Positions 38,349 to 51,600 of a stretch of DNA of 64,000 nt are shown one piece after another. Position numbers and translations under genes: made by a program. The stretch covers positions 121,768,001-121,832,000 of the forward strand of contig OX597815.1 of NCBI GenBank assembly GCA_951406725.2, given 5' to 3'. Numbering within the stretch: position 1 is the stretch's first letter; every line of letters begins with the position of its first letter. The notes beneath the pieces were generated by a model. That model was not told the DNA's origin and ran no database searches. It worked only from the letters and a program-made list of their open reading frames with translations. This DNA comes from Octopus vulgaris (Eukaryota).

Positions 38349-39949
38349 CTGAAAATTTAAATTAAAATATTACAATTTTTTTATTTTTTAGTCTGAGGAA
38401 GTGTGACAGTGCCTATAACCTTTACAGGCTCTCTCAGGTTAGTGAGTTCAATATGGCTGATGTACAGCTTGAACATTATTTCTAGGTAAATCCAATAGAA
38501 AGGATATGGATAAATAAAAAGACATAAGGGAGTACTTTGTATAGAAATTGTTGAGTGATCCACAGTGGATATGATAAACAGAAGGCAAACAGGCATCTGG
38601 TGAAATGGTGTAAAGCACTTCAGAAGAAACACAAAACATAAACTTTAGTAAAAACAGGATAAAAAAAGATAATGATGGAGGAGCAATTACATGAAGTAGT
38701 TATAGAATGTTGTTGAAAAGTTCTTTATCAGTCTGCTGGCTAGCTCTTTTTGGATAGTCTCAGAACTTTATGAATGTAGCAGCAGTGTTGTTATTGGATA
38801 TCTGAGAAATACATTAATAATCAGGGCCAAAATACTTCCTGAGCCTGAAGAAGTTTAGTATATTGGATGCAGTTTCAAATTGTTAAAAAATAATCAGAGA
38901 TTGTGTGGCCTAGCATGTTACCATTTTTGAGGGTTTTAGCCATGTTGTTCATAAGCAAGGAAGGTGGAGTATTTTAAGATTATTTATTTCAGTAAATAGT
39001 ATATGTAACATTTGCGTTTTGGTGTTATTGATAGAGATTAAGTTAAGCTCCCTATTGAAGGATTTTTCGGTGGTGGTCTTTGATAATAAAAATGCACTAG
39101 ATGACACCTGTATGCAGAAAGTTCAGCAGAAGTAATGTGTAGTTAAGAATTAACAAGAGAATGTGTGGGAGATGCACATCTTCCATTAAAAGATGAGTGT
39201 GGAAGACAAGATAGACACCAGCTGATAGAATAATATAGACTAGAGAGAAAGCCATTAATGCATGCTGCAACAAAACAGTCTGATATGAAACATCCCCAAG
39301 CCAAGAGATAGATGGCAGCCACAGATTAACATCTTTGCTAAGAGATTATCATATCAGACACTCGTATAAACACTACTGGTGTTAAAGAGCAACAATAGTT
39401 CTTTCACTGGTGTTCTCAAGGGCAGGGGAGTACTGGAATCATTTACCAACATTCTTTATAGTACTTTGTAGATATTAGATGAAAGAAGGGAAAATAGAAA
39501 TTTTACGATTACAAAGAAAAATTTACCTCAAATATTTCTCAATTTTATAATATGACTCTAGTAGCATATAATATGAAGTGGGAGAATTAAAAGTAGTTTT
39601 TCAAATGAAAATAAAAATTGGATTTACAGTAGTAACTGACTCAATTTTATTGCCCAGTCTAACACCAATGCCTGGTATCTTGGAGGGCTTTAGTAGTGAG
39701 TGAGAGTTCACTGTTACAAGTACTCAGGCCTGGGTCTCCAACTTGAAAACACCTTCTTCACTTACTCCCTCCCACCAAGATTCAAAGGGCCTGTAAAGGA
39801 TCATGGGTACAATTTTCCCTCCTAATTAAAAAAACTGAAAAAATAAAACATGACTGTAATAAACAGACGTTAATTTCAGATTTACTAAAAAGAAATCAAA
39901 TGATAATTATGGGATTGATTTTAATTAAATTCTTGTATTTATCACTTAC

Positions 39950-40102
39950 TCTTTTTTCTTTACTAACAACTTGGAAATAAAATCTTTTGCAGCATCTGAA
40001 ATTTCATCAAAGGTTTCATCATCAAAGTCATAAACTGCTTGTGTGACATTGGATAATGTTTCAACATTTGTTTCTCCAGTGAAAGGAGCCAGTCCAGAAA
40101 TA
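39950..40102 (-). CDS. MYLK: MLCK kinase exon (C-lobe)
   Basis: tttcag acceptor, gtaagt donor, 153 nt. ISGLAPFTGETNVETLSNVTQAVYDFDDETFDEISDAAKDFISKLL. Confidence 0.95.
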
Positions 40103-40204
40103 CTGAAACGATAAAAAAATAAGTTAAACAAAAAACAAAATGATAAATAAACAATGACAAATTGCTGAAAGATAAAGTTATTACTCAGATTTTTAAAACA
40201 AGTT

Positions 40205-40412
40205 TACTTTTATTTATTTCAGTCATTTGACTGAGGCCATGCTGTAGCACCGCCTTTAGTCAAATAAATTGACCCCCCACCCCGGACTTATTCTTTGTAA
40301 GCCTAGTACTTACTCTATTGGTCACTTTTGCCAAACTGCTAAGTTACGGGTACATAAATACACCAGCATTCGTAGTCAAGTGATGGTGGGGAACAGGCAC
40401 AAATATACTAAC

Positions 40413-40463
<51 letters not shown>

Positions 40464-40619
40464 TATACATACGACAGGCTTCTTTCAGTTTCTATTAACC
40501 AAATCCACCCACAAGGCTTTGGTCAGCCTGAGGCTAAAGAAGACACCTGCAGTAGGATTGAATCTGGAACCATGTGGTTGGGAAGCAAGCTTCTTACCAC
40601 ACAGCCACTCCTGCACCTA
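40205..40619 (-). mobile_element. OR-type SINE
   Basis: Reverse complement match; accounts for ORF 40269..40682. Confidence 0.82.
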
Positions 40620-40714
40620 TTGCACAAGATTAAACAAGATTCAAATTATATAGCCAATTTTAATATTTTAATCTTAAAATAATTGGAACCTAAGATATAT
40701 AAATAATCATTCAT

Positions 40715-40920
40715 TCTACTATAGGTGCAAGACCTGAAATTTTGGTGGGGGAGGGCTTGTCAATTACATCAACCTCAATACTCAACTGGTACTTATTTTA
40801 TTGACCCTGAGAGGATGAAAGGCAAAGTCAACCTTGGCAACATTCTAACTCTGAAAGCAAAGCTGGAAGAAATGCCACTAAGCAGTTTGTCTGGTTATGA
40901 TTCAACCAGCTCACCACCTT
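40715..40920 (-). mobile_element. Single copy of the ATT-tailed SINE
   Basis: caagacctgaaatttt...ggtacttattttattgaccc...gaaaggcaaagtcaacc...cagctcaccacct. Confidence 0.8.
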
Positions 40921-41009
40921 AACAACAACAACAACTACTACAATAACAACAACGACTACAAAATTAATAGTCATATGAAATACAAAGAAAGAGAGAGAAA
41001 AAAACTTAC

Positions 41010-41351
41010 AGCACATAGCAGATGACTCCAAGACTCCATAAATCTGTTGCAAAGCTAATCTCATCATAGTTTACAACTTCTGGTGCTATAAAATCAGGTG
41101 TACCAAATAATACTTTGATACTGTCACCAACCTGGAGTTTTCGTGCCAAGCCAAAATCAATTATTTTGATAAAATTGTTGCTTTTAGCAATACACAAGAT
41201 GTTTTCTGGTTTTAAGTCCAAATGTATAATCTGTTTATCATGTAAGTAGCGTACGCCTTCACAGATCTGGTGCACAAAATGTGCACAGTCTTGCTCTGTT
41301 AGAACAAAATCATCATCCACAATACGTTTGAAAAGCTCTCCTCCACAAACA
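41010..41351 (-). CDS. MYLK: MLCK kinase exon (catalytic loop, DFG, activation segment)
   Basis: ttccag acceptor, gtaagt donor, 342 nt. GGELF, HLDLKPENILC, IKIIDFGLARKL, KVLFGTPDFIAPEVVNYD, TDLWSLGVICYVL. Confidence 0.96.
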
Positions 41352-44300
41352 CTGGAACAAAAAGAAAAATGTATATATATATGTAATTAATATTTGTACT
41401 TGAAACAGTGTTAGATTAAAATACTGGTGTATATAATATTTATGTGCAGACAAACATGAAATGGCTGTAACAGTTGTCAGAGAAACATCTTAAAAAAGAT
41501 TTAAGTGTTAAAAGACCAGAGCTCACTCAGAACACCAGTGGATGAATGACACTATGTTAATGCATAAATTACTATGAGAAGTCTCTCTGAGACCAACCAT
41601 TACAGCCAGTGCCATTCCACATTCATATACACATTTTGTACACATTGGTGTACAAAACATATCTTTAAAGAATCTTGCTTCAATCAAAAAAAATATATTT
41701 ATCAATGACATAAAATAGAGTAAAAGAATTAGTTGTCATCTGTCCATCACAGTCACTCCCCTGCACTTTCTTTTTACAATCACAAACTTGCAACCATCAG
41801 CTCCTCCACATCCTGATTCTTCTTATCGCTTCCTTTACTACTCATCTTCACAGGTACATTACTTTGAGTGAACAAGCATATCATAGAGTAGGGAGGAACT
41901 CTGTTAAGCTGTGCATAATGCAAGGCAACCTCACTAGAGCTGGTGCCATAAAATGTACTCAGCATAATCTATAAAATGGCTGACAAGTGAATAGAGACAA
42001 TATAGTGTCGAGTGGAACCTTTAGTGAAGGATATAAGATACCTCCCATTTTTGATAACAACTCTGGTCTATCATAGATTTAAATATGCTAATGTCACAAT
42101 AATATGCACCCAATACACTTATAAAGTAGTTGGTAATTAAAAGGGTAGCCAGGCAAAGAACCAAAGCAAAGCTAAAACATTTAAGTGAGACATGGTCCTC
42201 TAACCCATCTGTGAAGGCAGTAACTTGCACCAAGAACACACACTGTCTAACTCATACAAACATGGAAAGTAGACACAAAATTTTGACGTTAATGACAAGT
42301 TAATAGAGAGGATATTAGATGATATATAGAAAAAATACTGAAGAAGGTTTGCGCTCTCTAGGTGCTCTTGTTTACATTTTATTATTACAAATGTTATCTT
42401 TTACCTAACACAATAATGTTTATTGTACTACTGCAATAATAATAAAGTTTCATTATTTTTCCCATAATTCAAATTAATCAACACAACTATAAAGTGAGAA
42501 ATGGGTTTGAGGTACTGACAGATTGCCATGTGAGATGGGTTTGAGGTAGTGAAGGTGAACTTATTGGACCTAACAGTAGAAGAGAAGTGGAGAAACCTAA
42601 GGAGTTTTTAAGTCGTTAAAAAAAAAAATGAAAGATAACTCCCATCTTTGATAACAGCTCCAGTCTATCATAGATTTAGCATTGAGAGGATCTGCAGAAA
42701 GTTAATGAAACACCTGTCATACACAATTCTTCGGCTGCCATCATTAGTGTTGTATCTCTTTACAAGGAGGTAGACTAAAGCAGAGATAAAGTACTGGAGA
42801 TGAATTATTAATTACAAAACCTCGACCATGAATGACCCTTTGAAGCTACTTACTAACAATAACAAATCAATATGTTCGTTTGTTTTACACCTGATTTTCC
42901 AAGTAAGCATGGGTTTCATGACTACATTATCAAAAATTTCACAAGTGGACTGCCTCCCTGTCACTAATCCTTACCTGTTTCTCAAGTAAAGGATATATAA
43001 TATTCCATGTTTTGAAGGTGCAAAACCAATGGGTGATAGCAACATCACCAGTCATAACTGAGTAATTTTCAGAGAAGGGCAAATGTACACACACACACAT
43101 TAATACGCATGTATGTATAGAATAGGCTTCTTCAGATTTTCACCTACTAAATCCACTCATAAGGCTTTGGTCAGCCTGGAGCTATATAGAACACCCAAGA
43201 TGCAGCATACTGAGATCAAACCTGAAACCACATGAATGGGAAGTGGATGTCTTAAACACAGCCATCCTTGTGTCTAACATATTTTTGATGAAATAAGTGA
43301 TTTCAAGAAATCCATTCTACATTACAAGTTATTATAAACAAACTATTAATGTCTGAGGAAGATAAAATCTAACCAGTTCTTGAAGCAACTAAAAAAGTTA
43401 CAATTTTTTGTTTTGAAACTTTTTAAAGTAGTTACACATAAGAAAATCCTTATAAATGACAATTACTAGAGTTGAAAAAGATTCCAAACATCTTTTCAAT
43501 AAGATTTTTAATGTTTATAAGAATATTGTAGCTTTCTTGGAACATTTGTGAAATATGTAGAAAAATCAGTGTGTTATAGAAGACAATAGAAAAGTAGATA
43601 AAATTATATATTAAAGATATAGAAAAGCTACCATAAAAAGAATTTAATTAGTCCTGATAGTTAAGGTTAAAAATTCTTTTACAAAAATCAAAGAATGAGA
43701 GAGCTATATATATATATAGATTATATGCTCATTATGTTGACATGTCAAATCCAAAAATTTAACATGGTAACAGAATGGAAACTTAAGTTCATCTTTTATT
43801 CTTTAAGGTCTTTGTAAAGACATGTTTAACTCAAAATGCAAGGACTAATTAGAATTTTCTAAGGTAATATTGCATTATTAGTTTATGCAATCAACATTGC
43901 TATTGCCTTTTATAGAACACTGATTTTCAATTTAATATTTATATTACATTCCTGAATTCTGCTAATTTTAATAAACTTTGATAAGGAAAATTCTTTTCAA
44001 TGGTAGTTATTTAAAAATTTACATGGCTTATAAAACAAGCTGTATATTCCACAGAGAGAAACGGGTGATATTGTACCCTTTGAAAATCATAGCAACATCA
44101 TGCTCTAAGAACAGTGTATTGATAAAGCATTTACAAGGAAATTAGTTTTCATGAAATAATAGTCTTGTAGGAAAATACTTAATAGGGTAGGTGAGATCTT
44201 TTAATTAGAAGACGTATTTTCTCAATTCCAATATTAGCATCAGTAAAAGTTATGTAGTTAATTAAAATCTAATTTTTGTACAATATATTCCACATGTGAT

Positions 44301-44555
44301 ATACTACAGAGTTGAAACAATTGGATTTAATGCTGCACATAGAAGAAAATAAAGATGTAATGCACATGAACTTTTTTGTGTGTATGTGTGTGTTTGTGTG
44401 AAAGAAGTAAGCTAAGTAAGAGTCAGTATTTTGTTTAATTTCCTGCTTTTAAAATATTCCTTTCTGGAATACATGGATAGAACCCATTGAAACAGGAATT
44501 GAAACTAGAAAAAGCAAATAGAAAATTTTATTAAATTAGCAAATTAAATTATCAA

Positions 44556-44775
44556 CCCTTTTGTTCCCATATTTCTATTGAAATACACAGCCTTTTTCCA
44601 ATTAATTTGGGAAATAATGAAGTATTTAGTAAAATAACTATCATTAATTAAGTTGATATTAGGAACATAAATTAACGTGAAATGTTGATTGCAAGTTTTA
44701 ATTTAGATAACTTTGAAACAGGAAGTTTGTATCATGGAAGCAAGGGTGGTCTTGGATGGGTTGGTATCAAATAGG
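44556..44775. mobile_element. piggyBac-type MITE, family 2 (opposite orientation)
   Basis: Reverse complement of 50583-50803. Confidence 0.75.
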
Positions 44776-44845
44776 TTAAATAAACCGTAGAACAAGAAAA
44801 ATGATAAACCATAGAACAAGAAAAATAATAAACTCAAATACTTAC

Positions 44846-45046
44846 AATTCAGTGACAATTACAAATCCAGTGGGAGATTCATAAGCATCCCAAAGCCTTA
44901 GGACTTTTGGATGAGTTAAATTTTTCATTATCTCAATCTCATTGCGAAATTCAGCTTTCTTTTTCTCTTTACATTTGATAACTTTTGCAGCCCAAAGCCG
45001 GTTTGATGATTTCTCAATACACTTGTGAACAACTCCAAAACGGCCA
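44846..45046 (-). CDS. MYLK: MLCK kinase exon (Gly loop, catalytic Lys, helix C)
   Basis: AAG acceptor, gtaagt donor, 201 nt. GRFGVVHKCIEK...WAAKVIK...EIEIMKNLTHPKVLRLWDAYE. Confidence 0.93.
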
Positions 45047-46094
45047 CTTAAAGTACAGAATATGAGTATATCAAAGAAGTTAAAATAAATAATTATATAT
45101 TTCAAAAATGTTCATTCATATGGTTTATTAAAAGTTATTTAATTTATAAATACTGGCAAGATCCATGGAAATTTTACATTTTGATATGTTCTTATTTCTG
45201 ATCTAATGAATAAATTTATTAATCTTCAGAATATTGTTTCATTATGTTCAGAGTTTCAATTATGTCAGTGATTTTATTTCATAGTTAAAGCTTTTTAAAC
45301 CATAACACTTAAAACCTTTCTTCATAAAGTTAAAGATCTCCGATTATGTCTTCAATTTCATTTCATAGTTAAGTATAACACTCAAGTACATGTTAAGATA
45401 AAGAGAATTTTATAGAAGATAACATTAAAGTATTCTGGACTCTTGCAACATAAAAGAAATTTGTATCATACTTAGACAAGCCCCATATAAACAGAATTTG
45501 AAGATAAATAAAGTCAGCAATACTGAGTAAGACTTAATACTTAAGCTATCTATAAACTGAAACAAACATTCGAGGATGACTTTCTTTTCTTTTTCTCTTC
45601 CCCCGCAAATCATGTGGAGGCATGGCTGTGGTTAAGAAACTCACTTTGGAACCATGTGGTTTTGAGTTCAGTCCTACTGTGTGGCATTTTGGGTAAGTGT
45701 CTGTCACTATAACCCTGGGCCAACCAATGTCGTGCAAGTGAATTTGGTAGACAAAAATAAATGAGTGCATGTTACTGTCTACTTGCTTTGATTTCACATA
45801 AGTTATAAACAAGTGTCACTTTCATGTAAGTTATGGCCTTCATTTCCAATCTCCCATGAAAACATGTCTGGCCATAAGGTATTTGGAAGCAGGTAAAGAT
45901 TGGCAACAAGAAGGGAATCCAGCTCTAGAAAATCTGCCACAACAAATTCCATTTCATGAAAGTATGGAAAAGTGGACATTAAATGATGATAATGATCAAG
46001 AAAGATTATTTCATAAGAATGTAACAGCTTTATAATTCGTTTTTGCATTTGGTTTGTAAGATTCTTTATATGAGTTCATGTGTTGAAGCATATT

Positions 46095-46247
46095 CTGTTG
46101 TGTCTGGGGAAAGTCATTTTCTTTTTGTGCCTTATAATGTAACACACTCACCGGTAAAATTTCCACTTATTTCTTATTTTTATTTTACCGGTGAGTGAGT
46201 TACATTATAAGGCACAAAAAGAAAATTACTCTCCACAGACACAACAG
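46095..46247. repeat. Long near-perfect inverted repeat (about 66 bp arms, about 21 bp loop)
   Basis: Arm 46095-46160 pairs with 46182-46247; core ttttctttttgtgccttataatgtaacacactcaccggtaaaat has one mismatch. Confidence 0.92.
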
Positions 46248-46483
46248 CTTTATAATTATCAAATCAAAAATGTTTATATGAAACAAATTCTGTCAATAAG
46301 TTTAAGACAGTTCTTCTCAACCAGTCATGAGCAAACTGGCCTGAGGGAATTTCTGAATGGCATGCCTATTGAAAAATTACCTTGAATTTTTTTTAGTAGT
46401 ACAGCTCACCTGATGATGAGCTAGGTCTCATGCAGTCCACTCCTCAATAAAGGAATATTAAAATCAAAAATATTTACACTTAC

Positions 46484-46568
46484 CTACCAACTTCTTCTTT
46501 TAGAATGTAAAAATCTTCGAAATTAGCAGTAGAAATTTGTACATCTAAATGATCAAATATTGATGCAT
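46484..46568 (-). CDS. MYLK: MLCK exon, linker and start of kinase domain
   Basis: gtacag acceptor, AG|gtaagt donor, 85 nt, phase 1-2. DASIFDHLDVQISTANFEDFYILKEEVG joins the next exon to give GSGRFG. Confidence 0.88.
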
Positions 46569-47638
46569 CTGTACAATGGAAAGAAAATTATGATTTTTCT
46601 TTTTTGAAATTTCAACATCATTTTATAAAAAAGTAGGACAGACATCAACAACAGTGAAACAATACACAAACATTTTGACTTAGGTTCAGTCATTATTAGT
46701 TGACATTTTAATTGCTAGCTAAGAAAAAAGTATTTTTTTTTGCAACCATAACATAGTACAAAGTATATTAAAGTCAATATTGTGCCTTACTTTTGTGTTA
46801 GCAGTGCAAGGTTATCATTTTAAGTTTATCTCTACAAATTTTCTACAGAGTTCACATTTTATCATTAATTTTGTATATGATTGTAGGAGGGAAGAAATTT
46901 GTAATATCACTGTCTGAGCTATTTGTAAGGAGTTATAATGAACTAGTAATAAGTGCAATATTAAACAGTGGCCAATTAAAGCAGTCCAAATAAGAAGAGA
47001 ATGAAGTAGGTAAAATAAATGCATGATTTAAATAACAAAATAATATATAACAAATTGTGTAATAACAGCAGCTTGCAGAAAAACATAAACGACATTAAAA
47101 TTGGTGGGTAAAAAATATTTCTACAACATAACATAACAGGGCAAAACACAATGGCATTTCATTACAAAGCAAAAAGCTACTCAGGAAACATAAAACTTGT
47201 TTTCTGGTTAAAATTTATCACACAAGACTAAAAAGCAATGTCTGTGAAGAGTAATTAAGCCAGTAATTTAGGCCTATCAATCAGGAAAAAGAAATAGATA
47301 AATGACACTTGTGACTTTTGTAAATCACTTTTTTCTTTTAAAATACTCCAGTTAAAATATAAAACAAGAATGCATTTTTTTCTTTCATTTTAGAATATTA
47401 TCAAAATTTCTTGTGTTGAATAAAACAGTGAAATTTGAAAAAATGTTTCCTACAGTTTCTCTTTGATAAAGAAAAAAATGAAGATATTATTAAAGCCCAT
47501 CTAAAATTTTGAAGTAAAATAACTGATTTAATTTATTGATACAAGTCTATCAAGTCCACTACTTTCCCTTCATCTTCTCTAGATGTTCTAGCTCAGCTCA
47601 GATGCCATGTTTTCTCTGAGTATTGATTATATGCTTAC

Positions 47639-47782
47639 CTTCAACAACCAATTTAACAATGGCACTGTCATTGCCCAATTTGTTAGTTACAACAACATTA
47701 TAGGATCCTCTATCAGTTGGTAGAGTGTTTTGAATTGTAAATTCACAAAAACCAGGCTTATTTTCTATTATAAGTCGATCAT
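47639..47782 (-). CDS. MYLK: MLCK exon, C-terminal half of Ig domain
   Basis: ttgtag acceptor, G|gtaagc donor, 144 nt. DDRLIIENKPGFCEFTIQNTLPTDRGSYNVVVTNKLGNDSAIVKLVVE. Confidence 0.9.
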
Positions 47783-48884
47783 CTACAATAGAGTATAGAA
47801 TAGAAACATAATATACAATAAAATGGTACAAGTTTACTTTAAAAAGAAATACACTGATCAAATTGAAGATGAACAATGAGTTTTTATATGGTTCAAAAGG
47901 CGAACTACAAATTCGTGGTGGAAGGACTTTACGCAATTTAATGAACTCCAATACATGCTTGGTACTTTATTTATCAATCACAAATAGAAGACAAATTTGG
48001 ATGGATTTGAATTCAGAACAAATTGAAAACTTGAAGACATTCAATAAGTAAATAGTTCTAAAGGCAAAACATACATACATAGACAGATATACACACACAC
48101 ATACACACAGACAGTAAAGCTTAATCAAAACAGTTGACAAGAGAAAGAAAGTAATACTATACACTCAGATATTAAGTTGACAAAAAGATTATCTTTTTTT
48201 GATTAAAAAAAACTATATTAGCAACAAAGACTGACAGGAAACAAACAAGTAAAACTAACAGAATAAACAATTATTTCAATAATACCATCCATTGTTCCAA
48301 GCCCAATACACTCCATACATAACACATTAATATCTAGAGCTACACAAATACTGCGTCAGACAGAAACTATTTTATCCTAAAACATGACATCTCACTAAAA
48401 AATAATACAATAAAACAAGACAGTTAAACAACATAAAACATGACAGTTCAGATGTTTAACATATTCATCCATCTTGCTCATTGATATTGCTTTATACCAT
48501 TATTCACAACAAATATATAAGTAAATAAGAATGCAATACCTCACAAAAGAAGATGAAAACTATTGCTTTTAAAAATAAAAAACAAAACAAATTTCTCAAA
48601 ACAGATGTCAGTCTTAAGTCAGTTTTCATAATATTCAATCAACACTTAAAAAAAAGAAGCTTAGAAAGACAGAAATCATAGATTGTTCTATCATTCTTTT
48701 ATTGGTTTCATTCAGTGGACTGTGGCCATACAGGAGCACAGCTTTCAAGAGTTTTAGTTAGTTCTATTGACCTCAAAAATTTTAATAACCTTAGATTAAA
48801 GAGAAGTAACCAGGATACAAAAAATGCAACAAAATATCTTTTTTTTTCTCTTTACTTATTTAACCATTCCTGTCAGCATTGTTT

Positions 48885-49267
48885 AAAGTCTGTATTTCCA
48901 TGCATGCATGGGTCAGACAGAATTTGTTGAGGCAGATTTCTACAACTGGATGCCCTTCCTTTAGCCAACCCTCATTTGTTTACAGGCAAGATAATATTTC
49001 CCCATGAAAGAGGAAATGAACAACAACACTTGTGTGACAGTGATGCTCATTTAAAACCATCACATGATATCAAGACATGGATATGTACACACACACACAC
49101 ACACATCAAGCTTCTCTCAATTCCCATCTACCAAATCCACTCATAAGGCTTTGGACAACCCGGGGCTAAATAGAAGAAGATACTTGCCCAAGGTGACACA
49201 CAGTTGGACTGAGCCCAATACCACATGATTAGAAAGCAAGCTTCTCAACCACACAGCCACACCTGCA
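48885..49267 (-). mobile_element. SINE with OR-type head and RTE-type 3' tail
   Basis: Colinear with 32400-32760. Confidence 0.72.
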
Positions 49268-50582
49268 TTGTAAATGGACATTTTGTCTACAAAATTTCAC
49301 TGATAAAAATTTAGTCAAACCAAAGCTATAGTTGAAAACAATTGTCCAAGATATCATGTGGTGGGATCGAACCTGAAACTATGTGGTTACAAACTAAGCT
49401 TCTTAACTTATAGGCCACTAATACAAAATCAAAATTTCAAATCATCATCGTCTACTTTCCATGCTGGAAACTACGAGAGACCACAGTCAGAGTCAACATA
49501 TACTCAGGTGTACGGTCATCAAAGACAGATCAGGGGGGATGTTTCAACTTTCTCACATTTCATTTTTGGCTGGTTTTCCTAAAACCAACCACTTTACAAT
49601 ATGTACTGGATATTTTTTTCAAGGCACCAACAATAGAGAGCTGTCTTTTAGTTTAGTTGCGAACATGACAATGTCATACTTTACAATGTATACCGAGTGA
49701 CACCAACATTATAGAGGTAGCCATGTCTTTGATTGACCAAAGAATCCCACTTCTTTGCTTGCTCATTAGTCTCTTTACAGAGTGGGAAAGAACCATGAAT
49801 GATAAAGACATGATAGTAATGAGAGAAAATTTATAAACATTAGCAAAAGGACGCTAAGTTCATAAGTACAGAACTAATTCTACAAGTCAACAAGATATCC
49901 TATATGACCCACTTTGACAATCCTGCAGAACACCATTATCAGACTTTGAGATTTACAGGAATGAGAATACAGCAAACCATTTTTATATGCTAGACTAATA
50001 AATTAATAGAAGTGCTTTTAAGAGGACTAATACCCAGCTAACTTTGCTGTAAAGTAATACTGAATTCTCACAAAGACACTGCCTCAGATTTGAGGAGTAG
50101 GTATAGGCAACTGTATCAGCGTTGGAGCTTGGTATTTATGTTATTAACCCCCAAAGAATGGAAAACAAACTTTACTTTATGAGATTTGAAATCAAAACAT
50201 AAAGCTTAAGATATTTTTGCTTAACAAATTTTTAACCAAATCAACCAACCCACATAATATTTGCAAGAATACTAATAGACTAACAAAGTAGTTATTAAAT
50301 TGACTGAAACAAGCAATAATGCTTAAATGTTCAATTTCAATCACTAATGAATGATTAAAAGATATTTAACTCTTAGTGGAGTAACTTTTATTTTCTCAAA
50401 AACCTAAATTTAGAAAGTACAATAGATTTCATAAACAAATATTAGAATTTTGAATCAATTCATATTTTCCTGATAATTTTAGCATTCATAAACAAGAAAG
50501 TCATGCAAGAAACAAAAGAAAAAGAAAAGCAGCCATCAAAATGTGCTGTTTTTGATACAAAAATAGTGTTCTGATGCATTAA

Positions 50583-50803
50583 ACCTTTTGATACCAATCC
50601 ACCTGAGACTGCCCCCAGGTCTATGATGCAAATTGCTGTTTAAAAGTGATTTAAATTAAAACTGTCCACCAAAATTTCATGTTTATTTAAATTCCAAACA
50701 CCAGATTAATAAAGACAAAGTTATTTTACTAAATTCTTCATTATTTACAAAATTAATTGGAATAAAGGCAGTGTATTTCAGCAAAAATATGGTAACCAAA
50801 GGG
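50583..50803. mobile_element. piggyBac-type MITE, family 2
   Basis: TTAA flanks, TIRs ccttttgatacca / tggtaaccaaaggg. Confidence 0.8.
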
Positions 50804-50929
50804 TTAAATGAATAAAAATAAGGAACATACAAGTATAAATAGATTAAAAACTCAGAAATATACAAAATAAGTTGCACAATAAAGGAAACATTCATATTCT
50901 TCATAAGCTTCATTCATGCAAGTAAAGTC

Positions 50930-51600
50930 ACATCACCATACATGTTGCCTGCTTTGTTTCTGGTTTCAGTATTCACATGCACAACCCTCTCAAAATCTTT
51001 CTCATCCTGTCTCCCCTTCACATGCATATAGGCACTATGAATGAAAACTGCTTGAGTCATTTCAAACCAATATGACAGCCAGTCTCAAAAATGTTCCATG
51101 CTGGTCAACCTCAAGCACTGTGCTAACTTCCCTGGCTTAATTCTCATCAAATATAATAATTTTTATATTGTAACAACACAAATCTACAAAAACATACAAA
51201 TATGTCATTCAACTCTAAAACTTCTCTGACCATGCCAATTGCCCATCAAAAAATTATTTAAATATTTATAAACAACCACCTGCTTTATTATTTTGCATCT
51301 TATTGACAGCTAGTAAAACTTCCACAGCTTGATATCTATTGGAGATCTATTTCCTATGAAACTATCACCTGGGGTTCTTAGTAAATGCAATGTTATTGTC
51401 TTTGACATCAGCAGGAGTTTTGAACATGTCTGACATAAAAACATGCATATTTTTTGTCCATAAGACTAGACATTACTTGTTAGAATGCTGTCACAACAAG
51501 TATCTCCAGATTTCTCTACAAACCTTATTCTACCAACAGCTGTTGACAAAGATTCAAATACAAGACTTAAATATATCATTTTGACCATAGAACCTAATGA
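50930..51600 (+). mobile_element. Decayed LINE reverse transcriptase remnant
   Basis: VFDISRSFEHV near 51398-51430 resembles the RT DISKAFDxV motif. Confidence 0.4.
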
